35,529 nucleotides of DNA from a virus (Duplodnaviria; Caudoviricetes): IMG/VR virus record IMGVR_UViG_3300011339_000471, positions 1 to 35,529 of that record, one strand, 5' to 3'. The translations under genes and the position numbers were made by a program. This document shows positions 1 through 9,047 of the stretch, piece after piece; positions within the stretch are counted from its first letter, which is position 1, and each line of letters opens with the position of its first letter. The notes beneath the pieces were generated by a model that was given only the letters and a program-made list of their open reading frames with translations, was not told the DNA's origin and made no database searches.

Positions 1-30
1 GGTCAATAAACTCTCTTGTCTCTCTTGTGC

Positions 31-480
31 ATGAACAAAAAAAGTAAGGTTGTCAAAATAAGCCACGAAGCCATCGGAAACGCTTGGGGAATTTCCAAAC
101 AGGCCGTTGCAAAATGGGTGAAAATGGGATGCCCAACTTCGTCGGTTGAGGACGCAACAAAATGGCGCGACGAATATTTGCAAGCGTCAGGAAAAGCCGC
201 ACCGGCTACGCTCAACGAAGCGCGACTTGAAAAGACCCTGCTCGAATCCGAACGCATCCGCGTCCGGCTTCAGCAAGACAGGGGCGAGTTGGTCGAGATC
301 GCCGTTATCCGCGAAGCCGGAATCCGCATCGGCGCGATCTTCAGCGCCAAGCTCGCGGCGCTCGTCAACGACGCATCGGGCGCATTGGCCGGACTCGATG
401 AAGCGAGCTTGCGAAAGAAGCTACATGAGCGCACGCAAGCTATCCTAGCCGAGATACGAAATGAGCTTGAAAAGGTATAA
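31..480 (+). CDS. terS: Terminase small subunit (Nu1-like)
   Basis: N-terminal HTH (IGNAWGISKQAVAKWVKMGCP) followed by a coiled coil (EARLEKTLLESERIRVRLQQDRGELV) typical of Nu1-like proteins; upstream of TerL. ATG at 31 preferred to the TTG at 16. Confidence 0.8.
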   Translation: MNKKSKVVKISHEAIGNAWGISKQAVAKWVKMGCPTSSVEDATKWRDEYLQASGKAAPATLNEARLEKTLLESERIRVRLQQDRGELVEIAVIREAGIRIGAIFSAKLAALVNDASGALAGLDEASLRKKLHERTQAILAEIRNELEKV

Positions 481-523
481 TCAAACAACCGATGAACAAA
501 TTGAACACGAAAGGGTATAAAAA

Positions 524-742
524 GTGACATACGAAACACGCACAACAAAAATGATAGTCGGAGTAAAAGGTGAGCAGATATTTGATGATAGCGTGACCGA
601 AATCGAGATCGTCGACGAAGCCGCTGGGGAGTTTCTTGAGGTTAGCCAGGAAGGCGGGAAACTCCGCTTCGACAAAGAAGAATGGCCGCACGTCCGCGAT
701 GCTATCGAGAAGATGTTTAAGTTGTGCAGGAATTACGACTAG
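524..742 (+). CDS. Hypothetical protein (acidic, 72 aa)
   Basis: ORF on the coding strand that fills the gap between TerS and TerL; GTG start after an A-rich stretch. Confidence 0.6.
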   Translation: MTYETRTTKMIVGVKGEQIFDDSVTEIEIVDEAAGEFLEVSQEGGKLRFDKEEWPHVRDAIEKMFKLCRNYD

Positions 743-775
743 TTCAAACTATACTTGAGCTAGGACTGAAAAGCT

Positions 776-985
776 ATGACGAAAAAAGAACTCTGGAAAA
801 TTTACTCAAAACGCAATCCTTCATTCGATAGTGAAGGAATGATAACGCTGTCCGCTGCCGGACTTCGCAAAATGTTTGAGACGACATGGGATATTGCATT
901 CTATGACGGAGAAGAAGAGCCGACTTCTAAACAACCGCCGTCGGGGAATCTTGACGCGCTCAAGCAAATTTTTGGAATGCGATGA
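776..985 (+). CDS. Hypothetical protein (69 aa)
   Basis: ATG ORF whose stop overlaps the TerL start (ATGA). Confidence 0.65.
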   Translation: MTKKELWKIYSKRNPSFDSEGMITLSAAGLRKMFETTWDIAFYDGEEEPTSKQPPSGNLDALKQIFGMR

Positions 986-2712
986 ACCCACTCGCACAAG
1001 GCATTCGCGACGGCATCAAGCTTGCATTTGATGGAACGATCTTAGACTGGGCATCCGACCACGTCAGCTTTCCGAACTCAGACCGCGCTTCGCGCTTCGA
1101 TCCTTCGGTGGCGCCTTGGCTGAACGCGCCGCTGTTGGCCGCAAGCGATGACGAGACAACGCAGGTCTTTCTTCGCGCTCCGACTGGGGGCGGGAAGACT
1201 ACCATGATGGAAACGCTTGCTTGCTTTATCGTAGCACAAAAGCCTGGGCCAACTTTGTTCGTGGGTCAGACTGACGACATGGTCAAGGACTGGACAGAGT
1301 CACGCTTGCTCCCGATATTCCAAGAATGCCAGCCGGTCAAAGACTTGTTCCCAGAAGACAGGCACGCGCTACGCAAGACCACGATCCTATTTCCGCACAT
1401 GGTTCTCTTCGCCGGAGGAGCGAACATGACCAACCTGCAAGAAAAGTCGATGCGCTATTGCATCGGTGACGAGGTATGGCGGTGGAAAGGCGGCATGATC
1501 AAGGAACTTAAGGCTCGACACCACGACCGCTGGAACCGAAAGACACTCTTAGTGTCGCAAGGATGGGACGCTGGGCATGAAGCGGACGCCGAATGGGACA
1601 GCGGAACGCGGGAAGTCTGGGGCTGGACTTGTTTCCATTGCGGGAACTGGCAGCGGTATCTGTTCGATCAGATCGAATACGTGAGCGAACGTGACGAGAA
1701 GGGCGGCATTCTTTGGGATAAGGTGCAGGACTCCGTGCAAATGAAATGCGAGCATTGCGAAACGCGCTACAAAGACGACGCCAGCACTCGACGCAACCTT
1801 GCAAATACTGCAAGTTACCGTACACTCAACCCGCATCCGGTGCGTGGGCATCGCTCGTTTGAGTATCCGGCCTACGCCGTATGGTGGATACCTTGGTTTT
1901 CTATCGTGAAGGAATGGATCGAGGCGAACGAGGCCAAGTCATCCGGCAACCTAGAGCCGCTCAAACAATTCATCCAAAAGCGCAAGGCGCAGACTTGGCA
2001 AGACGAAGTAACGAGCGATCTGCCAGAGATCACGACCGGAGACTACGCGAAGGCGGACTTCATCGAAGGACAAAAAATCGACGGCGAGCATCGGCGCTTT
2101 ATGTGCGTTGACAAACAGCGCGACCATTTTTGGTGCGTGGTTCGTGCCTTTCGCGTGGATGGCTCGTCGATGTTGCTACACGAATCGCGCCCGCTGACTT
2201 GGGAAACGCTAGACGCCATTCAACAGCAGTTCGATGTTGTTCCTCGGTGCGTTGTCGTGGATGCCGGCTACGATACGCCGCTCGTTTACGAACAATGCGC
2301 TCGGCGTGGGTGGACAGCTTCGCACGGATCGGGACAGGACGGCTTTTATCATATCGACAACGGTAGGCGCACACGGCGTTTCGTTTCCAAGATCGAGGGA
2401 GCGCAAGCCGGAAGCGATGGACTCAAGTGCGCGTATTTCTTTTTCTCGAACGAAGGCATCAAAGATAAGTTGGCTTCACTTCGCCAAGCTGAAGCCACGC
2501 CGAAATGGGAAGTTGCTCGGGATGTGTCGGAGGACTACCGAAAGCAAATGCTCTCGGAGATGAAGAAGGACGTGACGAACTCCAAGACCAAACAAGTCGA
2601 GCAAAGATGGGTGCGCATCGGGGGACGCCCGAATCATCTTTGGGACTGCGAGTGCATCGCGCTTGCGTCTGCTATGCTTGCTGGCGTTTTACCGATAGGC
2701 GCGGAGAGCTAG
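982..2712 (+). CDS. terL: Terminase large subunit, lambda GpA family
   Basis: Walker A (APTGGGKT), Walker B (CIGDEV), two CxxC motifs (CFHC, CEHC), RNase H-like nuclease motifs (MCVDKQ, VVDAGY, NHLWDCE). Confidence 0.95.
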   Translation: MNPLAQGIRDGIKLAFDGTILDWASDHVSFPNSDRASRFDPSVAPWLNAPLLAASDDETTQVFLRAPTGGGKTTMMETLACFIVAQKPGPTLFVGQTDDMVKDWTESRLLPIFQECQPVKDLFPEDRHALRKTTILFPHMVLFAGGANMTNLQEKSMRYCIGDEVWRWKGGMIKELKARHHDRWNRKTLLVSQGWDAGHEADAEWDSGTREVWGWTCFHCGNWQRYLFDQIEYVSERDEKGGILWDKVQDSVQMKCEHCETRYKDDASTRRNLANTASYRTLNPHPVRGHRSFEYPAYAVWWIPWFSIVKEWIEANEAKSSGNLEPLKQFIQKRKAQTWQDEVTSDLPEITTGDYAKADFIEGQKIDGEHRRFMCVDKQRDHFWCVVRAFRVDGSSMLLHESRPLTWETLDAIQQQFDVVPRCVVVDAGYDTPLVYEQCARRGWTASHGSGQDGFYHIDNGRRTRRFVSKIEGAQAGSDGLKCAYFFFSNEGIKDKLASLRQAEATPKWEVARDVSEDYRKQMLSEMKKDVTNSKTKQVEQRWVRIGGRPNHLWDCECIALASAMLAGVLPIGAES

Positions 2713-2758
2713 TATTTAAGCTGCTCCGCGAAGGGCAAAAAATAATTTCATTTTTTTC

Positions 2759-2787
2759 TTTTCAAAAATAAAAAAAGAGAAGATATT
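2759..2787 (+). promoter_or_regulatory. Putative early promoter P1 (TTTTCA-N17-GATATT)
   Basis: AT-rich upstream tract; same architecture and spacing as 28958-28986, and both are followed 5 nt later by CATCGAA. Confidence 0.5.
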
Positions 2788-2792
2788 CAAAA

Positions 2793-2823
2793 CATCGAAG
2801 GGCAAGAAGCCCGACGAAGAAAC
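2793..2823 (+). promoter_or_regulatory. Conserved structured 5' leader, copy 1
   Basis: TCG-AA-GGGC-AAGAA-GCCC-GA-CGA; same geometry as the copy at 28992. Confidence 0.55.
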
Positions 2824-2841
2824 CTAAAAAGAAAAAATAAA

Positions 2842-2967
2842 ATGAAAAACGAAACAACAGACCACACGATCAACACCGACTCCCTAGAAGAACTCCGCGC
2901 AATCGAAGAATCACGGCTTGATTATATGGATGCCTGTGATTGCTGCTGGGAGGACTCAGCAGAATAA
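2842..2967 (+). CDS. Small acidic protein (41 aa, MKNETTDHTINTDSLEELRAIEESRLDYMDACDCCWEDSAE), moron-like
   Basis: Translated by hand (not in the ORF track); A-rich start region; flanked by a putative promoter and a terminator. Confidence 0.6.
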   Translation: MKNETTDHTINTDSLEELRAIEESRLDYMDACDCCWEDSAE

Positions 2968-2975
2968 AACCAACC

Positions 2976-3011
2976 GGCGCGGGTTCAATCCCCGCGCCTT
3001 TTCTTTTTTTT
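2976..3011 (+). terminator. Intrinsic terminator
   Basis: GGCGCGGG-ttcaatc-CCCGCGCC 8-bp stem followed by a long T tract. Confidence 0.85.
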
Positions 3012-3029
3012 GACATCGCCATCAAATGA

Positions 3030-3278
3030 ATGGCGATGAACAAATCATTTTTTGGCCTGCCGCTTGCAACTCTGCAAGAATTGCAGGGCGACTTTACGGC
3101 GTGCTTAAAGGCGATCGCCGTTGCCGGCGCTTCGTATAGCATCGCGGGACGCTCGTTCACTCGCGCTAATCTTGCCGAGGTCGCACAGACGATCAAAGAA
3201 TTGCAGGCCGCTATTGACAACGCCAGCGGATCACGTATAAGGAAATTCACGCCGACGTTTCCAACACAGCGCCCATAA
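3030..3278 (+). CDS. Head completion/head-tail joining protein (gpW-like)
   Basis: Small protein between TerL and portal with GASYSIAGRSFTRANLAEV motif; stop overlaps the portal start. Confidence 0.75.
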   Translation: MAMNKSFFGLPLATLQELQGDFTACLKAIAVAGASYSIAGRSFTRANLAEVAQTIKELQAAIDNASGSRIRKFTPTFPTQRP

Positions 3279-5329
3279 TGCAAGACATCATCACCAAAGC
3301 ACTTTCTCTTGTATCGCCCAAGGCCGCGCTGGATCGCATGGTTAACCAAGCGAAGTTACGCAATTTCGGGCGCTTCGACTCAGCGTTGACGAGCGAAAAG
3401 CGCGGGATCAGTCGCGGGGTTAGCGGCGGTGAAGACACAGCAGGAACACGCGAACGCTTCGCTCTTATTCGGGCCGCTCGCGATCTTGCCGACAACTTTC
3501 CGCCTGTCCGTTCGCTTCTTCTCAAATTTGCAACCTACGTTTCGGGGCGCATCGCATACCAAGCCCGCACCGGCGATCACGAAGTTGATACCAAGATCGA
3601 GAAATATTGGCAGAAGTGGTGCGACAACTGTGATTTCTTGGGGCGTCACAACTTCACAACGCTTTTACAGCTTGCTGTGACAGCAATGCTGCGCGATGGC
3701 GACTGCGGGTTCATCATCGTTCGAGATGGAGAAGATTTAAAACTGCAAAGCGTCGAAGCCGACCGCATCGGCTCACCTTACGACAGAACAGACACCGACA
3801 AATACATCGGCGGAATAAATGTAGACGACTATGGAAGACCCGTTTCATACACAATTTTTACGCGCACTATCAATAACCAGTATATTTCTCCTACTGATAT
3901 TGTTGCAAAAGAGTTTATCCACCTTTTCGATGCAGCGCGACTTGACGAATACCGTGGGCGGTCTGCTTTCGCTACTGCGCTAAACGCAACCCGTGATCTG
4001 CAAGAAGCGATAAAGGCCGAAGTGCAAGCGATCAAATACGCTTCATACCAAAGCGGAGTCATCACGACCGAGAGTGGAGCCGCAGACGCTGGCGATTACT
4101 TCGCTCGCGGCAACTCGAACGATCAAGGACAGGTCGCACGCTTGCAGTCGCTCGATCCTGGCACGGTCAACTATCTGACCGCCGGCGAGAAGATGGAGAT
4201 GTTCAAGAGCGACCGACCAACGGGTGCATTCGGTGAATTTATCCGGCTCATTCAAGCTCATATTTGCATGAGCGTCGGGCTTCCTTACGGCTTCGCTTTC
4301 GATGCCGATAAGAGCGGTCCAATGGCACGCATGGAAGCGGCAATGGCAGAGCGCACGTTCTTGCGGTGGCGGGGACTTCTCGAAGGTCAATTTCTCAATA
4401 GGATAAAAAACATTATTCTTCTCGACGCCGCCGCTCGCGGACTCGTTCCCGATTCGGAGTTTCTTCTCGACGGTCGCTGGTGCTGGCCAGCCAAGGTTTC
4501 GATCGACTACGGACGCGAAGCCAATGCTGATATCAACCTTTGGAAGGCAGGACTGAAAACCGCAGGACAGATTTACTCCGACATGGGCGAAGACTACGAA
4601 GAAGCACTTCGCGCACGGGCGAAGGAAAGCGCGATGATCGTATCGCTTGCAAACGAGATGGATATTCCTGCGGAATACATCTCGGATTCTATCACTCCCA
4701 TTCAAGCCGCCGCGCCTATAGCAGCGCCTATTGTGCAAGAAGAGCCACAGACTGAGCCAATACAGACAGAACAACCGAAGCAAGTCGATCTAGCAGACGA
4801 GAACAAGCCAAGCAAGGGCATGATCGAAGAAGCCTTGAAAGGCCTAGCATGGCGCGAAGAGCACAATCGAGGCGGAACAGCCGTAGGCGTTGCACGCGCT
4901 CGCGACATTTCAAACGGCAAGAACCTTTCCGACGATACGGTGAAGCGGATGCACTCCTACTTTTCACGGCACGAAGTTGATAAAAAGGGACAGGGTTTTC
5001 AACAAGGGGAGGACGGCTTCCCATCCGCAGGTCGCATTGCATGGGCATTGTGGGGCGGAGACGCAGGACAAGTATGGGCCGCTGATAAAGTCAAAGGGAT
5101 ACAGGCATCGCAACCCGAACAGATGAAGGTATCGCTTGCCGTTCGCGATCCGTTCGGACGCATTACTGGCTTTGAAACAAAGCATGAGCTTGTCATGCCG
5201 ACGCCCGAAAGAAACGAAGAGCAAGACGACTTCATTGGCCGTTGCATGGTGAGCGGAACAATGACGAGCGAATATCCAGACGAGAGCCAGCGCGTTGCCG
5301 TATGCTCTGCACAATGGGAGAAAAAATAA
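3278..5329 (+). CDS. Portal protein, lambda family, with C-terminal extension
   Basis: Lambda-portal hallmarks (RAARDLADNFP, MLRDGDC, LQSVEADRI, GINVDDYGRPVSY, IHLFD...EYRG) and position; about 190 aa extra at the C-terminus. Confidence 0.92.
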   Translation: MQDIITKALSLVSPKAALDRMVNQAKLRNFGRFDSALTSEKRGISRGVSGGEDTAGTRERFALIRAARDLADNFPPVRSLLLKFATYVSGRIAYQARTGDHEVDTKIEKYWQKWCDNCDFLGRHNFTTLLQLAVTAMLRDGDCGFIIVRDGEDLKLQSVEADRIGSPYDRTDTDKYIGGINVDDYGRPVSYTIFTRTINNQYISPTDIVAKEFIHLFDAARLDEYRGRSAFATALNATRDLQEAIKAEVQAIKYASYQSGVITTESGAADAGDYFARGNSNDQGQVARLQSLDPGTVNYLTAGEKMEMFKSDRPTGAFGEFIRLIQAHICMSVGLPYGFAFDADKSGPMARMEAAMAERTFLRWRGLLEGQFLNRIKNIILLDAAARGLVPDSEFLLDGRWCWPAKVSIDYGREANADINLWKAGLKTAGQIYSDMGEDYEEALRARAKESAMIVSLANEMDIPAEYISDSITPIQAAAPIAAPIVQEEPQTEPIQTEQPKQVDLADENKPSKGMIEEALKGLAWREEHNRGGTAVGVARARDISNGKNLSDDTVKRMHSYFSRHEVDKKGQGFQQGEDGFPSAGRIAWALWGGDAGQVWAADKVKGIQASQPEQMKVSLAVRDPFGRITGFETKHELVMPTPERNEEQDDFIGRCMVSGTMTSEYPDESQRVAVCSAQWEKK

Positions 5330-5742
5330 TGATCACACAAGGAATTGCACTTGAAGCAAAACGCGCCCTGATGACCGGCGTCCATCAACCTAACGACGAC
5401 TACCGCATTGCGCTCTACTCGGCATCTGCAAAGGTCGGGCCACAAACGAAAACCTACGTCACCGAAGGTGAAATTAAAGGCAAAGGCTACAAGGCCGGAG
5501 GCGTCAAGCTCAAGGGATTCCGAACCGGCATCATCGGCAAAAATGCCTTTATGACGTTCGACGATGTCGAACTAAAGAGCGCAACATTCTCAACCGGCGG
5601 GGCGCTCGTCTATAATGCCAGCAAGGGAAACGCCACATTGTGCGTCCTCAACCTCGGCGGCGAGCGTCATGTATTCGACGGCGCATTTGAACTTAAATTC
5701 CCCAAGCCAACCGAAACCAACGCATTGATTTTACTCGCTTAA
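5329..5742 (+). CDS. Putative virion structural protein
   Basis: Start at 5329 overlaps the portal stop (TAATG); YRIALY...GYKAGG...GALVYN pattern resembles common phage virion proteins. Confidence 0.65.
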   Translation: MITQGIALEAKRALMTGVHQPNDDYRIALYSASAKVGPQTKTYVTEGEIKGKGYKAGGVKLKGFRTGIIGKNAFMTFDDVELKSATFSTGGALVYNASKGNATLCVLNLGGERHVFDGAFELKFPKPTETNALILLA

Positions 5743-5744
5743 AT

Positions 5745-6026
5745 ATGAAACCGACCAACCCAATTATTATCGACGGCGAAACCTACGATCTCTATACGCT
5801 CAATCTAGCAGTCACTTCAAAGTATCTTGGCAACGGAGGCGAAGACGCCAGCATTGCAATGCGCCTCGTGCCGACGCGAATAGACAACGGCCAAGTCATA
5901 ACAGCAGATGCCGAAGCTCGCGGACTCTCTATCGGAACGCTTGAGGGGGCGGATGCAGTAACAACACAAACAGCGCTTTCAATTCAAGTCGCGCTTCAAA
6001 CATTTATTGACGCGAAAGGACTCTAA
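5745..6026 (+). CDS. Hypothetical protein (virion gene region)
   Basis: Tightly packed ORF in the head gene cluster. Confidence 0.7.
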   Translation: MKPTNPIIIDGETYDLYTLNLAVTSKYLGNGGEDASIAMRLVPTRIDNGQVITADAEARGLSIGTLEGADAVTTQTALSIQVALQTFIDAKGL

Positions 6027-6029
6027 GCG

Positions 6030-7343
6030 ATGGCAAATTATCGCGCCGTAGCATCTGGGAACTGGAGCGCAGGAGCAACATGGGGAGGCGGGGCAGTCCC
6101 GCCAAATGCTGCTGGGCATAACATATATTCAAATACATTCACGGTCACCGTAGATACAAATGTGGATGTCGCATTGGTTACGAATGCAGCAAACGCAGGA
6201 ACATTTGTTGGTGGTGGAACTGCCGCCGCTGGAGGTGGATTTACTCTTTCTAATGGTATTACATTGACGTCTTCAAATGTTACTCTTGGAACAACCGCAA
6301 CATTGGTCACATTATCTAGCACAAATTCTGCTTCTATCGTCGGAAATATAAATGGAAGCAACAATAGTAATTTTTCTTGTGTAAATAATTCTGGAACTGG
6401 GACATTGACTATTACTGGTGTAATTACAGGAGGAAGCGCCACAAGCTCAAATGTGGGATGCAATAATTCAGGAAATGGCACAATAAATGTTACAGGTAGT
6501 ATTGTAGGGGGTTCCGTGGGTGCAGCGAATTACGCTCTTTCAAATTCATCTACAGGATCAATTACAATGACTGGGAGCGTTACAGGCGGGGCTACATCTT
6601 CTGGCGCAAACAATAGTTCAACAGGAACATTTACGATAATTGGAGATATTACAGCAACAAGTGCGGCAAATGGATTCACATCTGCAAATATAAGTTCAGT
6701 GAATCGACTATCAGGATCTTTTATTTCAGCGGCAAATGGAGTTTCTGCGATTTATGCTATAAAGTATTTTTTAAACACATCTCCAACATCCGCAAAAACT
6801 CGATATTCGTTGAACGGATCGAGCACATATCTGGATATGTTCACCGCAGACAATTCTCTAGGGCAGGCGAGCATTTCGGACGTTCGTTTCGGAACCGTCT
6901 ACGCAAGCGGAGCATTGACTGGGGTTGCATATATTCCAGCCGCAGGATCAGTTGCGGCAGGAACTCCAGTCGATAACACTGTAGGCACAGCAACATTAAC
7001 AGCCGCAAACGTCCGTGCTGCTCTAGGAATGGCAAGCGCAAATCTTGATACGCAACTTGCCGCAATACCTACTGCAATAACAAATGCTGCCGCCGTCAGG
7101 ACTAATCTAGCAACCGAACTCGGGCGCATCGATGCGACAATTTCAAGCCGGTCAACATTGACCGCCGCAAATGTTCGCACCGAACTCACTCCAGAACTTA
7201 CGCAAGTTACCGAGGTTCACAAAATTCACGGTCTCGATATCGCAAACGCGCTCACGGTAACGCCAACGCTACGCTCGGCGGGAGCGATCACGCAAGCGAT
7301 CACCGGAGACGGAACCACAAGCACGATAGTCACGCGAGTCTAA
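6030..7343 (+). CDS. Gly/Ser/Thr/Asn-rich beta-helix-like virion fibre/appendage protein
   Basis: Repeated NNSGTGTLTITG-like units, twice TLTAANVR; AT-rich core. Confidence 0.65.
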   Translation: MANYRAVASGNWSAGATWGGGAVPPNAAGHNIYSNTFTVTVDTNVDVALVTNAANAGTFVGGGTAAAGGGFTLSNGITLTSSNVTLGTTATLVTLSSTNSASIVGNINGSNNSNFSCVNNSGTGTLTITGVITGGSATSSNVGCNNSGNGTINVTGSIVGGSVGAANYALSNSSTGSITMTGSVTGGATSSGANNSSTGTFTIIGDITATSAANGFTSANISSVNRLSGSFISAANGVSAIYAIKYFLNTSPTSAKTRYSLNGSSTYLDMFTADNSLGQASISDVRFGTVYASGALTGVAYIPAAGSVAAGTPVDNTVGTATLTAANVRAALGMASANLDTQLAAIPTAITNAAAVRTNLATELGRIDATISSRSTLTAANVRTELTPELTQVTEVHKIHGLDIANALTVTPTLRSAGAITQAITGDGTTSTIVTRV

Positions 7344-7346
7344 CGC

Positions 7347-7790
7347 ATGATCGCATCCCTGCTCATCGCAACGCAGGGCTTATTGCCAAGCCCATCGCCG
7401 CTCTCAATCGGCGTGCAGGGTTTGCTATTCATTCCAGTCGCGCCACCTATTGCTCCGACCGATCTTCCTGGCGGTGGCGGACGTCGAGACGAGCGAAGGG
7501 TTACGCTTTACGCTCTTGGAAACCGACTCCGATATTCGGTCGGGAGCGTCGATATCAGCGCAGGAACGCGGATAAATGTAACAGGGAGCGCGTTTAATTC
7601 TCGCACGTCCGACGCTTCGCTTTCGATCAGCGCAAGCACGACAGCAAAAGGCAACCGCAACCACGCCGGAACGGGTCGCGCAGGGATCTCGATCTCATCC
7701 ACGTTCGACATTGTCGGGTGCGAAGAAGAGAACGAACTTGAAGTCTATTTAATGGCACAAGCGGCGATGGAATTGATGGACAGCATTTGA
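7347..7790 (+). CDS. Hypothetical protein
   Basis: Tightly packed ORF just before the protease/scaffold gene. Confidence 0.65.
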   Translation: MIASLLIATQGLLPSPSPLSIGVQGLLFIPVAPPIAPTDLPGGGGRRDERRVTLYALGNRLRYSVGSVDISAGTRINVTGSAFNSRTSDASLSISASTTAKGNRNHAGTGRAGISISSTFDIVGCEEENELEVYLMAQAAMELMDSI

Positions 7791-7805
7791 CATCCGCGCC
7801 TTCGC

Positions 7806-8663
7806 ATGGATGTGATCGAAGGCGTTTCAATTATTTCAATCGGCGAAGCAAAAGGCCACGGTCTTTATGTGGACGAGCAGACTTTGATGGAAGTCAAAGA
7901 GTGCGCAGAGTCATACAAGGGCGGCGTGAAGGTCAACCTAGACCACGGCGCAGGCATTAAAGACATCGTTGGATTCGTAAACAATTTTCGCATCGTCGGA
8001 TCGCAGCTTCTCGGCGATCTCAACCTTCTCGAAACATCGCCCATGCGCGACTACGTCCTAGAGATTTCAAGCAAACTCCCCGACACGTTCGGTATCAGCA
8101 TCGCTTTTAGTGGCCCGATTCGCGAACTTGACGGAATGGCATTCGCAAGTTGCACGGAGCTCTACAGCGCCGATCTCGTGCAAACTCCAGCCGCAAATGC
8201 AACTGGGCTTTTCAGTTTTACCGCCAAGCAAGTTGACAATTTTTCCCAACAAATGGAAGACGCAACAATCGAAATCGAACCCAAGGAGGACGAGGTCAGC
8301 ATCGCCGACATCGTTTCTCGTCTCGCCGCTCTTGAAACCGCCTTCGGCGACTACAAGAACAAAATGGAAGTGCCAGCCGAAGAGCCAGCCGCCGAGCCTA
8401 TGAAAGAAGAAATGGCCGCTGAACTCAGCGCAATTTCCAAGCTCGAAGCCAAGCTCGATACGATCATTTCGAACTTCGGAGCCGCTCCAGTTAAGGCTTC
8501 GGTTGTCGCTGAAGAGAAAGCCGAAGAGAAATTCGATCTCAAAGCAATCATCACCCAAAAGACCGAGGAACTCGGCAGCCGCACTGAAGCCATCCGCTTC
8601 GCAATGCGCAATCACCGCGAAGCCTACATCGAGGCCCGCGATAACAACCAACTCAATTTTTAA
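7806..8663 (+). CDS. Capsid maturation protease/scaffold fusion
   Basis: N-terminal domain with GEAKGH, VNLDH, FGISIAF and ADLVQTPAAN motifs; acidic coiled-coil C-terminus; upstream of the decoration and capsid genes. Confidence 0.75.
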   Translation: MDVIEGVSIISIGEAKGHGLYVDEQTLMEVKECAESYKGGVKVNLDHGAGIKDIVGFVNNFRIVGSQLLGDLNLLETSPMRDYVLEISSKLPDTFGISIAFSGPIRELDGMAFASCTELYSADLVQTPAANATGLFSFTAKQVDNFSQQMEDATIEIEPKEDEVSIADIVSRLAALETAFGDYKNKMEVPAEEPAAEPMKEEMAAELSAISKLEAKLDTIISNFGAAPVKASVVAEEKAEEKFDLKAIITQKTEELGSRTEAIRFAMRNHREAYIEARDNNQLNF

Positions 8664-8675
8664 TCCAACTAATTT

Positions 8676-9035
8676 ATGGCAACACAAAATGACATGGGGA
8701 TTCGGAGCTTTGCCTTCGCTTCTGCCATCACCGCGAATACGCTCGTCAACATCTCGGGCGATAACGCTGCGCAAGCAGCATCAACCGGCGCTAATGCCAT
8801 CGGAGTCGTCCAGAATGACGTTGCCGCTGGTCAACAAGGCGCTGTCAAACTTTTCTTCCCTTCACAATTCGGCATCGTGTCCGCGATCGTGACAGCCGGT
8901 AACACCGTTTATGCGGTGACCAACGGCTTGATCCTCGGCACATACGCCAACGCTTCGACTGTGACTCTTGGAGTCGCGATCAACAGCGGCGTAGCCGGTG
9001 ACGTTGTGGAATACGTTCCTAAATTCAACCAATAA
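8676..9035 (+). CDS. Capsid decoration/cement protein (DUF2190-like)
   Basis: 119 aa, Ala/Gly/Val-rich (AIGVVQNDVAAG, LGVAINSGVAGDVVE); directly before the major capsid gene. Confidence 0.75.
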   Translation: MATQNDMGIRSFAFASAITANTLVNISGDNAAQAASTGANAIGVVQNDVAAGQQGAVKLFFPSQFGIVSAIVTAGNTVYAVTNGLILGTYANASTVTLGVAINSGVAGDVVEYVPKFNQ

Positions 9036-9047
9036 TTTAACACTACT

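Noticed and set aside
2976-2998. GGGTTCAATCCC resembles a tRNA T-arm
   Set aside because: No D-arm, anticodon arm or acceptor stem around it; the hairpin plus T tract is better explained as a terminator.
3214-3241. TTGACA-N16-TATAAG inside gpW as a sigma70 promoter for the portal gene
   Set aside because: Lies inside a coding region, is a single instance, and portal is coupled to gpW; it cannot be distinguished from chance.
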